Shown one piece after another: positions 42,799-57,299 of a stretch of 64,000 nt of DNA. The stretch lies in assembly GCF_009914755.1 (NCBI RefSeq), contig NC_060948.1; one strand, 5' to 3'. Source of the stretch: the human T2T-CHM13v2.0 reference genome, Homo sapiens. The notes under the pieces were generated by a model. The model ran no database searches, was not told the origin of the DNA, and worked only from the letters and a program-made list of their open reading frames with translations. Both the position numbers and the translations under genes were made by a program. Every line of letters starts with the position of its first letter. Position 1 is the stretch's first letter.

Positions 42799-45700
42799 AT
42801 GGAATCAAATCAATGGAATATAATCAAATGGAATGGAAAGGAATTGAATGGAGTAGATTGGATTGGATGGGATTGGAATGAAATGTACTGGAAAGGACTC
42901 GAATTTCATGAAACGGAATGGAATGAATTAGAACGGAATGGACTCGAATGGAATGGAATGTCATGGAATGGCATCAAATGGAATGGAATCGAATGCGATG
43001 GAATGCTATGGAATGGAATGGAATGCATTGGAATGGAATGTCCTCTAATGGAATGTATTCGAGTGGAATGGAATCGAATATAATGGAGTCTAATGAAAGG
43101 GAATTGAAAGGAATGGGACCGAATACAATGGAATATACTGGAATGTAATGTAATGAACTCGAATGTAATTGACTGGAATGGAATGTACATGAATGGAATG
43201 TAATCGAATGGAAAGCAATCCAATGGAATAGAATCTAATGCAATAAAATCGACTCAAATAGAGTAGAATGTAATGGAATGGAGTGCAGTGCAATGGAATG
43301 GAATGGAATGGAATGCAATGGAATGGAATGTTATGGAATGGAATGGAATGCATTGGAATGGAATGTCCTCTAATGGAATGTATTCGAGTGGAATGGAATC
43401 GAATATAATGGAGTCTAATGAAAGGGAATTGAAAGGAATGGGACCGAATACAATGGAATATACTGGAATGTAATGTAATGAACTCGAATGTAATTGACTG
43501 GAATGGAATGTACATGAATGGAATGTAATCGAATGGAAAGCAATCCAATGGAATAGAATCTAATGCAATAAAATCGACTCAAATAGAGTAGAATGTAATG
43601 GAATAGAGTGCAGTGCAATGGAATGGAATGGAATGGAATGCAATGGAATGGAATGGAATGGAATGGAATGGAATGGGATGGAATGGTATGGAACGGATAG
43701 TAATAGACTGGAGTGAAATGGACTGGAAAAGAATGGACTCAAATTGAAAGGGCTCGAAAGGAATGGAGTCAAATGGAATGGTCTGGAATGGAATGAACAC
43801 GAATGTAATGCAATCCAATAGAATGGAATCGAATGGCATGGAATATAAAGAAATGGAATCGAAGAGAATGGAAACAAATGGAATGGAATTGAATGGAATG
43901 GAATTGAATGGAATGGGAACGAATGGAGTGAAATTGTATGCAGTAGAAGAGAATAGAATGGAATGCAAGCGAAAGGAAAGGAATGGATTGGAATGGAATG
44001 GAATTCATTGGAATGGAAGGGAATGTAGTGTAATGGACAGGCCTGGAATAAAGTGGAATGCTACGGTCTCGAATGGAATAAAAATGTATGGAATGGAATG
44101 CAATGAAACGGAATCGAATGTCATAGAATGTAATGGAATGCAAAAAAATGGAATCCAAAATCATTGACTGGAAAGGCTGGGTGTCGAAAGGAATTGACTC
44201 CAATGGAATGGAATCGAATGGAATGGAAGTGAATAGAATCGAACTAAATCGAATGGAATGGAATTGATAGGAACGGAATGGAAAGGAATGCAATGATTTG
44301 GCATGGAATGGAATCGAATGGCATCGAATGGAATGGAATGGAATGCAATGGAATGGAATGTATTAGAATGTAATGAACTTTAATGGAATGTACTCGAATG
44401 GATTCGACTGGAATGGAATGTTCTCGAAGTGAATGGACTCCAATGGAATGGATTCGAAAGGAATGGAATCTAATGGAATGGAATTAAATGGAAATGAATC
44501 AAATTGAATAGAACGGAATTGAATTGAATGGAATCGAATGCAATGGAATCTAATGAAACGGAAAGGAAAGGAATGGAATGGATTGGAATGGAATGGGCTG
44601 GAATGGAATGGAATCGAAACGAATGGAATGGAATCGAACTGAAGAGACTGGAATGGAATGCACTGGAATGGAAGGGAATGTAATGGAAGGTTCTCGAAAA
44701 AAATGGAATCGAAAGGAAAGGAATTGAATGGAACGGAATAGAGTCGAATGGAATTCAATGGAATGGAATGGACTAGAGAGAAATGGAATCGAACCACAAG
44801 GAATGGACAGGAATAGAATGGTCTCGAATTGAATGGAATCGTATGGAATGGCATCAAACGGAATGGAATGGACAGCCACGGAATGGAATGGACACCCACG
44901 GAATGGAATGCACTCGAATGCAATGGAGTCGACACTAATGGACTGGAATAGAATGGAGTCGACTGGTACGGACTCCAATGGAATGGAATCGAATGGAAGG
45001 GAATCGAACGGAATGGACTCGAAGGGAAAAGACTGCAATGGAAAGGTCTCCAATGGAATGGAAATTAATGGAATGGAATGGAATCGAATGAAATGGAGTC
45101 AAAAGGAATGGAATCGAATGGCAAGAAATCGAATGTAATGGAATCGCAAGGAATTGATGTGAACGGAACGGAATGGAATGGAATCCAAAGGAATGGAATA
45201 GAATGGAATGGAATCGAATGGAAAGGACTCGAATGGAAATCACTCGAATAGAATGCAATTTAATAAAATAGGATCAAATGTAATGGAATGGAATGGAAAG
45301 GAATCGAAACGAAAGGAAAGGAGACAGATGGAATGGAATGGAACAGAGAGCAATGGTATAGAATGGAATGGAATCATCTGGAATGGAAGTGAATGGAATG
45401 GAATAATATGAAATGGAATGGAATTTAATGGAATGGAATGCCCTTGTATTAAATGGACTGGAATGGAATGGACTCGAACAGAGTGGAATGGAAAGTGTTG
45501 AAATAGAATGGAATGGACTCGTTTGGAATGGTCTAGTATGCAATGCAATCGACTGGCAGGGAATCAAAAGGAATGTAATCGAATGGATTGGACTGGAATG
45601 CAATGGACTCGAATAGATTGGAAACGGAAAGCAAAGGAATGGAATGGAATAGTATGGAATGGAATGGAAAGGAATGGAGAGGAATAGACTAGAGTGGAAT

Positions 45701-46687
45701 GGAATGGACTCGAAAGCAATGGACTGGAATGGAACTTTCTTGAATGGACTGGAATCAAACGGAATGGAATGCAATGCAATCAAATGGCATGGAATAAAAT
45801 AGAATGAAAGAGAATCAAATGGAATTGAATCGAATGGAATCGAATGGATTGGAAAGGAATAGAATGGAATGGAATGGAATTGACTCAAATGGAATGGACT
45901 AGAATGGAATGGATTCGAATGGAAGGCAAAGGAATGGAATCTATTGGAATGGACTGTAATGGAATGGAATGGAAGGGATTGGAATGGACTCGAATGGAAT
46001 GGACTGAAATAGAAAGGATTCGAATGGAATGAAAAAGAATTGAATGGAATAGAACAGAATGGAATCAAATCGAATGAAATGGAATGGAATAGAAAGGAAT
46101 GGAATGAAATGGAATGGAAAGGATTCGAATGGAATGCAATCGAATGGAATGAAATCGAATGGAATGGAATCGAACGGAATGGAATAAAATGGAAGAAAAC
46201 TGGCAAGAAATGGAGTCGAAATGAATGGAGTGTTATGGAACGGACTCAAAAGGAATTGAATGTAATAGAATGGAGTGGAGTGGACTCGAATATAATGGAC
46301 TGGAATGGAATGAAATCACATGGAATGGGAACGAATGGAATGGAATGGAAAGGAATGGAATCGAATGGAAAGGAATCGAATGGAAGGGAATGAAATTGAA
46401 TCAACAGGAATGGAAGGGAGTAGAATAGACGGTAATGGAATGGACTCGAATAGAATGGACACGAATGCTCAAATTGAATGGACTCGAATGGAATGGCAAC
46501 GAAAGGAATGTCATCGAATGGAATTGAATCGATTGGAATGAAATCACATAGAATGGAGTGGAATCAAATGGAATTGAATCGAAAGGAAAGGAAGCGAATG
46601 GACTGAAATGAAATGGAATGGAATTGAATGGAAATTAATGCAATGGAATAGAATGGAACGAAATTTCACGGAATGGAATCAAACTGA
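42799..46687 (+). repeat. DYZ1 monomer U13, 3889 bp (3564 + 325-bp internal duplication)
   Basis: Anchor spacing 42799->46688; GTCCTCTAAT, GGGACCGAATAC and GAGTGCAGTG landmarks each occur twice, 325 bp apart. Confidence 0.92.
43001..43650 (+). repeat. 325-bp tandem duplication inside U13
   Basis: Copy 1 ~43001-43325, copy 2 ~43326-43650; homologous ORF ends 43223/43548 and 43148/43473 differ by 325. Exact breakpoints are ambiguous within pentamers. Confidence 0.92.
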
Positions 46688-49600
46688 ATGGAATCAAATC
46701 AATGGAATATAATCAAATGGAATGGAAAGGAATTGAATGGAGTAGATTGGATTGGATGGGATTGGAATGAAATGTACTGGAAAGGACTCGAATTTCATGA
46801 AACGGAATGGAATGAATTAGAACGGAATGGACTCGTATGGAATGGAATGTCATGGAATGGCATCAAATGGAATGGAATCGAATGCGATGGAATGCTATGG
46901 AATGGAATGGAATGCATTGGAATGGAATGTCCTCTAATGGAATGTATTCGAGTGGAATGGAATCGAATATAATGGAGTCTAATGAAAGGGAATTGAAAGG
47001 AATGGGACCGAATACAATGGAATATACTGGAATGTAATGTAATGAACTCGAATGTAATTGACTGGAATGGAATGTACATGAATGGAATGTAATCGAATGG
47101 AAAGCAATCCAATGGAATAGAATCTAATGCAATAAAATCGACTCAAATAGAGTAGAATGTAATGGAATGGAGTGCAGTGCAATGGAATGGAATGGAATGG
47201 AATGCAATGGAATGGAATGGAATGGAATGGAATGGGATGGAATGGGATGGAATGGATAGTAATGGACTGGAGTGAAATGGACTGGAAAAGAATGGACTCA
47301 AATTGAAAGGGCTCGAAAGGAATGGAGTCAAATGGAATGGTCTGGAATGGAATGAACACGAATGTAATGCAATCCAATGGAATGGAATCGAATGGCATGG
47401 AATATAAAGAAATGGAATCGAAGAGAATGGAAACAAATGGAATGGAATTGAATGGAATGGAATTGAATGGAATGGGAACGAATGGAGTGAAATTGTATGC
47501 AGTAGAAGAGAATAGAATGGAATGCAAGCGAAAGGAAAGGAATGGATTGGAATGGAATGGAATTCATTGGAATGGAAGGGAATGTAGTGTAATGGACAGG
47601 CCTGGAATAAAGTGGAATGCTACGGTCTCGAATGGAATAAAAATGTATGGAATGGAATGCAATGAAACGGAATCGAATGTCATAGAATGTAATGGAATGC
47701 AAAAAAATGGACTCCAAAATCATTGACTGGAAAGGCTGGGTGTCGAAAGGAATTGACTCCAATGGAATGGAAGTGAATAGAATGGAACTAAATCGAATGG
47801 AATGGAATTGATAGGAACGGAATGGAAAGGAATGCAATGATTTGGCATGGAATGGAATCGAATGGCATCGAATGGAATGGAATGGAATGCAATGGAATGG
47901 AATGTATTAGAATGTAATGAACTTTAATGGAATGTACTCGAATGGATTCGACTGGAATGGAATGTTCTCGAAGTGAATGGACTCCAATGGAATGGATTCG
48001 AAAGGAATGGAATCTAATGGAATGGAATTAAATGGAAATGAATCAAATTGAATAGAACGGAATTGAATTGAATGGAATCGAATGCAATGGAATCTAATGA
48101 AACGGAAAGGAAAGGAATGGAATGGATTGGAATGGAATGGGCTGGAATGGAATGGAATCGAAACGAATGGAATGGAATCGAACTGAAGAGACTGGAATGG
48201 AATGCACTGGAATGGAAGGGAATGTAATGGAAGGTTCTCGAAAAAAATGGAATCGAAAGGAATGGAATTGAATGGAACGGAATAGAGTCGAATGGAATTC
48301 AATGGAATGGAATGGACTAGAGTGAAATGGAATCGAACCACAAGGAATGGACAGGAATAGAATGGTCTCGAATTGAATGGAATCGTATGGAATGGCATCA
48401 AACGGAATGGAATGGACAGCCACGGAATGGAATGGACACCCACGGAATGGAATGCACTCGAATGCAATGGAGTCGACACTAATGGACTGGAATAGAATGG
48501 ACTCGACTGGTACGGACTCCAATGGAATGGAATCGAATGGAAGGGAATCGAACGGAATGGACTCGAAGGGAAAAGACTGCAATGGAAAGGTCTCCAATGG
48601 AATGGAAATTAATGGAATGGAATGGAATCGAATGAAATGGAGTCAAAAGGAATGGAATCGAATGGCAAGAAATCGAATGTAATGGAATCGCAAGGAATGG
48701 ATGTGAACGGAACGGAATGGAATGGAATCCAAAGGAATGGAATAGAATGGAATGGAATCGAATGGAAAGGACTCGAATGGAAATCACTCGAATAGAATGC
48801 AATTTAATAAAATAGGATCAAATGTAATGGAATGGAATGGAAAGGAATCGAAACGAAAGGAATGGAGACAGATGGAATGGAATGGAACAGAGAGCAATGG
48901 TATAGAATGGAATGGAATCATCTGGAATGGAATTGAATGGAATGGAATAATATGAAATTGAAAGGAATGGAATGGAATGCCCTTGAATTAAATGGACTGG
49001 AATGGAATGGACTCGAACGGAGTGGAATGGAAAGTGTTGAAATAGAATGGAATGGACTCGTTTGGAATGGTCTAGTATGCAATGCAATCGACTGGCAGGG
49101 AATCAAAAGGAATGTAATCGAATGGATTGGACTGGAATGCAATGGACTCGAATAGATTGGAAACGGAAAGCAAAGGAATGGAATGGAATAGTATGGAATG
49201 CAATGGAAAGGAATGGAGTGGAATAGACTAGAGTGGAATGGAATGGACTCGAAAGCAATGGACTGGAATGGAACTTTCTTGAATGGACTGGAATCAAACG
49301 GAATGGAATGCAATGCAATCAAATGGCATGGAATAAAATAGAATGAAAGAGAATGAAATGGAATTGAATCGAATGGAATCGAATGGATTGGAAAGGAATA
49401 GAATGGAATGGAATGGAATTGACTCAAATGGAATGGACTAGAATGGAATGGATTCGAATGGAAGGCAAAGGAATGGAATCTATTGGAATGGACTGTAATG
49501 GAATGGAATGGAAGGGATTGGAATGGACTCGAATGGAATGGACTGCAATAGAAAGGATTCGAATGGAATGAAAAAGAATTGAATGGAATAGAACAGAATG

Positions 49601-50226
49601 GAATCAAATCGAATGAAATGGAATGGAATAGAAAGGAATGGAATGAAATGGAATGGAAAGGATTCGAATGGAATGCAATCGAATGGAATGCAATCGAATG
49701 GAATGGAATCGAACGGAATGGAATAAAATGGAAGAAAACTGGCAAGAAATGGAATCGAAATGAACGGAGTGTTATGGAACGGACTCAAAAGGAATTGAAT
49801 GTAATAGAATGGAGTGGAGTGGACTCGAATATAATGGACTGGAATGGAATGAAATCACATGGAATGGGAACGAATGGAATGGAATGGAAAGGAATGGAAT
49901 CGAATGGAAAGGAATCGAATGGAAGGGAATGAAATTGAATCAACAGGAATGGAAGGGAGTAGAATAGACGGTAATGGAATGGACTCGAATAGAATGGACA
50001 CGAATGCTCAAATTGAATGGACTCGAATGGAATGGCAACGAAAGGAATGTCATCGAATGGAATTGAATCGATTGGAATGAAATCACATAGAATGGAGTGG
50101 AATCAAATGGAATTGAATCGAAAGGAAAGGAAGCGAATGGACTGAAATGAAATGGAATGGAATTGAATGGAAATTAATGCAATGGAATAGAATGGAACGA
50201 AATTTCACGGAATGGAATCAAACTGA
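46688..50226 (+). repeat. DYZ1 monomer U14, 3539 bp
   Basis: Anchor spacing 46688->50227. Confidence 0.9.
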
Positions 50227-53200
50227 ATGGAATCAAATCAATGGAATATAATCAAATGGAATGGAAAGGAATTGAATGGAGTAGATTGGATTGGATGGGA
50301 TTGGAATGAAATGTACTGGAAAGGACTCGAATTTCATGAAACGGAATGGAATGAATTAGAACGGAATGGACTCGAATGGAATGGAATGTCATGGAATGGC
50401 ATCAAATGGAATGGAATCGAATGCGATGGAATGCTATGGAATGGAATGGAATGCATTGGAATGGAATGTCCTCTAATGGAATGTATTCGAGTGGAATGGA
50501 ATCGAATATAATGGAGTCTAATGAAAGGGAATTGAAAGGAATGGGACCGAATACAATGGAATATACTGGAATGTAATGTAATGAACTCGAATGTAATTGA
50601 CTGGAATGGAATGTACATGAATGGAATGTAATCGAATGGAAAGCAATCCAATGGAATAGAATCTAATGCAATAAAATCGACTCAAATAGAGTAGAATGTA
50701 ATGGAATGGAGTGCAGTGCAATGGAATGGAATGGAATGGAATGCAATGGAATGGAATGGAATGGAATGGAATGGGATGGAATGGTATGGAATGGATAGTA
50801 ATGGACTGGAGTGAAATGGACTGGAAAAGAATGGACTCAAATTGAAAGGGCTCGAAAGGAATGGAGTCAAATGGAATGGTCTGGAATGGAATGAACACGA
50901 ATGTAATGCAATCCAATGGAATGGAATCGAATGGCATGGAATATAAAGAAATGGAATCGAAGAGAATGGAAACAAATGGAATGGAATTGAATGGAATGGA
51001 ATTGAATGGAATGGGAACGAATGGAGTGAAATTGTATGCAGTAGAAGAGAATAGAATGGAATGCAAGCGAAAGGAAAGGAATGGATTGGAATGGAATGGA
51101 ATTCATTGGAATGGAAGGGAATGTAGTGTAATGGACAGGCCTGGAATAAAGTGGAATGCTACGGTCTCGAATGGAATAAAAATGTATGGAATGGAATGCA
51201 ATGAAACGGAATCGAATGTCATAGAATGTAATGGAATGCAAAAAAATGGACTCCAAAATCATTGACTGGAAAGGCTGGGTGTCGAAAGGAATTGACTCCA
51301 ATGGAATGGAAGTGAATAGAATGGAACTAAATCGAATGGAATGGAATTGATAGGAACGGAATGGAAAGGAATGCAATGATTTGGCATGGAATGGAATCGA
51401 ATGGCATCGAATGGAATGGAATGGAATGCAATGGAATGGAATGTATTAGAATGTAATGAACTTTAATGGAATGTACTCGAATGGATTCGACTGGAATGGA
51501 ATGTTCTCGAAGTGAATGGACTCCAATGGAATGGATTCGAAAGGAATGGAATCTAATGGAATGGAATTAAATGGAAATGAATCAAATTGAATAGAACGGA
51601 ATTGAATTGAATGGAATCGAATGCAATGGAATCTAATGAAACGGAAAGGAAAGGAATGGAATGGATTGGAATGGAATGGGCTGGAATGGAATGGAATCGA
51701 AACGAATGGAATGGAATCGAACTGAAGAGACTGGAATGGAATGCACTGGAATGGAAGGGAATGTAATGGAAGGTTCTCGAAAAAAATGGAATCGAAAGGA
51801 ATGGAATTGAATGGAACGGAATAGAGTCGAATGGAATTCAATGGAATGGAATGGACTAGAGTGAAATGGAATCGAACCACAAGGAATGGACAGGAATAGA
51901 ATGGTCTCGAATTGAATGGAATCGTATGGAATGGCATCAAACGGAATGGAATGGACAGCCACGGAATGGAATGGACACCCACGGAATGGAATGCACTCGA
52001 ATGCAATGGAGTCGACACTAATGGACTGGAATAGAATGGACTCGACTGGTACGGACTCCAATGGAATGGAATCGAATGGAAGGGAATCGAACGGAATGGA
52101 CTCGAAGGGAAAAGACTGCAATGGAAAGGTCTCCAATGGAATGGAAATTAATGGAATGGAATGGAATCGAATGAAATGGAGTCAAAAGGAATGGAATCGA
52201 ATGGCAAGAAATCGAATGTAATGGAATCGCAAGGAATGGATGTGAACGGAACGGAATGGAATGGAATCCAAAGGAATGGAATAGAATGGAATGGAATCGA
52301 ATGGAAAGGACTCGAATGGAAATCACTCGAATAGAATGCAATTTAATAAAATAGGATCAAATGTAATGGAATGGAATGGAAAGGAATCGAAACGAAAGGA
52401 ATGGAGACAGATGGAATGGAATGGAACAGAGAGCAATGGTATAGAATGGAATGGAATCATCTGGAATGGAATTGAATGGAATGGAATAATATGAAATTGA
52501 AAGGAATGGAATGGAATGCCCTTGAATTAAATGGACTGGAATGGAATGGACTCGAACGGAGTGGAATGGAAAGTGTTGAAATAGAATGGAATGGACTCGT
52601 TTGGAATGGTCTAGTATGCAATGCAATCGACTGGCAGGGAATCAAAAGGAATGTAATCGAATGGATTGGACTGGAATGCAATGGACTCGAATAGATTGGA
52701 AACGGAAAGCAAAGGAATGGAATGGAATAGTATGGAATGCAATGGAAAGGAATGGAGTGGAATAGACTAGAGTGGAATGGAATGGACTCGAAAGCAATGG
52801 ACTGGAATGGAACTTTCTTGAATGGACTGGAATCAAACGGAATGGAATGCAATGCAATCAAATGGCATGGAATAAAATAGAATGAAAGAGAATGAAATGG
52901 AATTGAATCGAATGGAATCGAATGGATTGGAAAGGAATAGAATGGAATGGAATGGAATTGACTCAAATGGAATGGACTAGAATGGAATGGATTCGAATGG
53001 AAGGCAAAGGAATGGAATCTATTGGAATGGACTGTAATGGAATGGAATGGAAGGGATTGGAATGGACTCGAATGGAATGGACTGCAATAGAAAGGATTCG
53101 AATGGAATGAAAAAGAATTGAATGGAATAGAACAGAATGGAATCAAATCGAATGAAATGGAATGGAATAGAAAGGAATGGAATGAAATGGAATGGAAAGG

Positions 53201-53765
53201 ATTCGAATGGAATGCAATCGAATGGAATGCAATCGAATGGAATGGAATCGAACGGAATGGAATAAAATGGAAGAAAACTGGCAAGAAATGGAATCGAAAT
53301 GAACGGAGTGTTATGGAACGGACTCAAAAGGAATTGAATGTAATAGAATGGAGTGGAGTGGACTCGAATATAATGGACTGGAATGGAATGAAATCACATG
53401 GAATGGGAACGAATGGAATGGAATGGAAAGGAATGGAATCGAATGGAAAGGAATCGAATGGAAGGGAATGAAATTGAATCAACAGGAATGGAAGGGAGTA
53501 GAATAGACGGTAATGGAATGGACTCGAATAGAATGGACACGAATGCTCAAATTGAATGGACTCGAATGGAATGGCAACGAAAGGAATGTCATCGAATGGA
53601 ATTGAATCGATTGGAATGAAATCACATAGAATGGAGTGGAATCAAATGGAATTGAATCGAAAGGAAAGGAAGCGAATGGACTGAAATGAAATGGAATGGA
53701 ATTGAATGGAAATTAATGCAATGGAATAGAATGGAACGAAATTTCACGGAATGGAATCAAACTGA
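50227..53765 (+). repeat. DYZ1 monomer U15, 3539 bp
   Basis: Anchor spacing 50227->53766; near-identical to U14. Confidence 0.9.
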
Positions 53766-56700
53766 ATGGAATCAAATCAATGGAATATAATGAAATGGAA
53801 TGGAAAGGAATTGAATGGAGTAGATTGGATTGGATGGGATTGGAATGAAATGTACTGGAAAGGACTCGAATTTCATGAAACGGAATGGAATGAATTAGAA
53901 CGGAATGGACTCGAATGGAATGGAATGTCATGGAATGGCATCAAATGGAATGGAATCGAATGCGATGGAATGCTATGGAATGGAATGGAATGCATTGGAA
54001 TGGAATGTCCTCTAATGGAATGTATTCGAGTGGAATGGAATCGAATATAATGGAGTCTAATGAAAGGGAATTGAAAGGAATGGGACCGAATACAATGGAA
54101 TATACTGGAATGTAATGTAATGAACTCGAATGTAATTGACTGGAATGGAATGTACATGAATGGAATGTAATCGAATGGAAAGCAATCCAATGGAATAGAA
54201 TCTAATGCAATAAAATCGACTCAAATAGAGTAGAATGTAATGGAATGGAGTGCAGTGCAATGGAATGGAATGGAATGGAATGCAATGGAATGGAATGGAA
54301 TGGAATGGAATGGGATGGAATGGTATGGAATGGATAGTAATGGACTGGAGTGAAATGGACTGGAAAAGAATGGACTCAAATTGAAAGGGCTCGAAAGGAA
54401 TGGAGTCAAATGGAATGGTCTGGAATGGAATGAACACGAATGTAATGCAATCCAATGGAATGGAATCGAATGGCATGGAATATAAAGAAATGGAATCGAA
54501 GAGAATGGAAACAAATGGAATGGAATTGAATGGAATGGAATTGAATGGAATGGGAACGAATGGAGTGAAATTGTATGCAGTAGAAGAGAATAGAATGGAA
54601 TGCAAGCGAAAGGAAAGGAATGGATTGGAATGGAATGGAATTCATTGGAATGGAAGGGAATGTAGTGTAATGGACAGGCCTGGAATAAAGTGGAATGCTA
54701 CGGTCTCGAATGGAATAAAAATGTATGGAATGGAATGCAATGAAACGGAATCGAATGTCATAGAATGTAATGGAATGCAAAAAAATGGACTCCAAAATCA
54801 TTGACTGGAAAGGCTGGGTGTCGAAAGGAATTGACTCCAATGGAATGGAATCGAATGGAATGGAAGTGAATAGAATCGAACTAAATCGAATGGAATGGAA
54901 TTGATAGGAACGGAATGGAAAGGAATGCAATGATTTGGCATGGAATGGAATCGAATGGCATCGAATGGAATGGAATGGAATGCAATGGAATGGAATGTAT
55001 TAGAATGTAATGAACTTTAATGGAATGTACTCGAATGGATTCGACTGGAATGGAATGTTCTCGAAGTGAATGGACTCCAATGGAATGGATTCGAAAGGAA
55101 TGGAATCTAATGGAATGGAATTAAATGGAAATGAATCAAATTGAATAGAACGGAATTGAATTGAATGGAATCGAATGCAATGGAATCTAATGAAACGGAA
55201 AGGAAAGGAATGGAATGGATTGGAATGGAATGGGCTGGAATGGAATGGAATCGAACTGAAGAGACTGGAATGGAATGCACTGGAATGGAAGGGAATGTAA
55301 TGGAAGGTTCTCGAAAAAAATGGAATCGAAAGGAATGGAATTGAATGGAACGGAATAGAGTCGAATGGAATTGAATGGAATGGAATGGACTAGAGTGAAA
55401 TGGAATCGAACCACAAGGAATGGACAGGAATAGAATGGTCTCGAATTGAATGGAATCGTATGGAATGGCATCAAACGGAATGGAATGGACAGCCACGGAA
55501 TGGAATGGACACCCACGGAATGGAATGCACTCGAATGCAATGGAGTCGACACTAATGGACTGGAATAGAATGGACTCGACTGGTACGGACTCCAATGGAA
55601 TGGAATCGAATGGAAGGGAATCGAACGGAATGGACTCGAAGGGAAAAGACTGCAATGGAAAGGTCTCCAATGGAATGGAAATTAATGGAATGGAATGGAA
55701 TCGAATGAAATGGAGTCAAAAGGAATGGAATCGAATGGCAAGAAATCGAATGTAATGGAATCGCAAGGAATGGATGTGAACGGAACGGAATGGAATGGAA
55801 TCCAAAGGAATGGAATAGAATGGAATGGAATCGAATGGAAAGGACTCGAATGGAAATCACTCGAATAGAATGCAATTTAATAAAATAGGATCAAATGTAA
55901 TGGAATGGAATGGAAAGGAATCGAAACGAAAGGAATGGAGACAGATGGAATGGAATGGAACAGAGAGCAATGGTATAGAATGGAATGGAATCATCTGGAA
56001 TGGAATTGAATGGAATGGAATAATATGAAATGGAAAGGAATGGAATGGAATGCCCTTGAATTAAATGGACTGGAATGGAATGGACTCGAACGGAGTGGAA
56101 TGGAAAGTGTTGAAATAGAATGGAATGGACTCGTTTGGAATGGTCTAGTATGCAATGCAATCGACTGGCAGGGAATCAAAAGGAATGTAATCGAATGGAT
56201 TGGACTGGAATGCAATGGACTCGAATAGATTGGAAACGGAAAGCAAAGGAATGGAATGGAATAGTATGGAATGGAATGGAAAGGAATGGAGTGGAATAGA
56301 CTAGAGTGGAATGGAATGGACTCGAAAGCAATGGACTGGAATGGAACTTTCTTGAATGGACTGGAATCAAACGGAATGGAATGCAATGCAATCAAATGGC
56401 ATGGAATAAAATAGAATGAAAGAGAATGAAATGGAATTGAATCGAATGGAATCGAATGGATTGGAAAGGAATAGAATGGAATGGAATGGAATTGACTCAA
56501 ATGGAATGGACTACAATGGAATGGATTCGAATGGAAGGCAAAGGAATGGAATCTATTGGAATGGACTGTAATGGAATGGAATGGAAGGGATTGGAATGGA
56601 CTCGAATGGAATGGACTGCAATAGAAAGGATTCGAATGGAATGAAAAAGAATTGAATGGAATAGAACAGAATGGAATCAAATCGAATGAAATGGAATGGA

Positions 56701-57299
56701 ATAGAAAGGAATGGAATGAAATGGAATGGAAAGGATTCGAATGGAATGCAATCGAATGGAATGCAATCGAATGGAATGGAATCGAACGGAATGGAATAAA
56801 ATGGAAGAAAACTGGCAAGAAATGGAATCGAAATGAACGGAGTGTTATGGAACGGACTCAAAAGGAATTGAATGTAATAGAATGGAGTGGAGTGGACTCG
56901 AATATAATGGACTGGAATGGAATGAAATCACATGGAATGGGAACGAATGGAATGGAATGGAAAGGAATGGAATCGAATGGAAAGGAATCGAATGGAAGGG
57001 AATGAAATTGAATCAACAGGAATGGAAGGGAGTAGAATAGACGGTAATGGAATGGACTCGAATAGAATGGACACGAATGCTCAAATTGAATGGACTCGAA
57101 TGGAATGGCAACGAAAGGAATGTCATCGAATGGAATTGAATCGATTGGAATGAAATCACATAGAATGGAGTGGAATCAAATGGAATTGAATCGAAAGGAA
57201 AGGAAGCGAATGGACTGAAATGAAATGGAATGGAATTGAATGGAAATTAATGCAATGGAATAGAATGGAACGAAATTTCACGGAATGGAATCAAACTGA
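53766..57299 (+). repeat. DYZ1 monomer U16, 3534 bp
   Basis: Anchor spacing 53766->57300; +15/-20 bp relative to U15. Confidence 0.9.
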
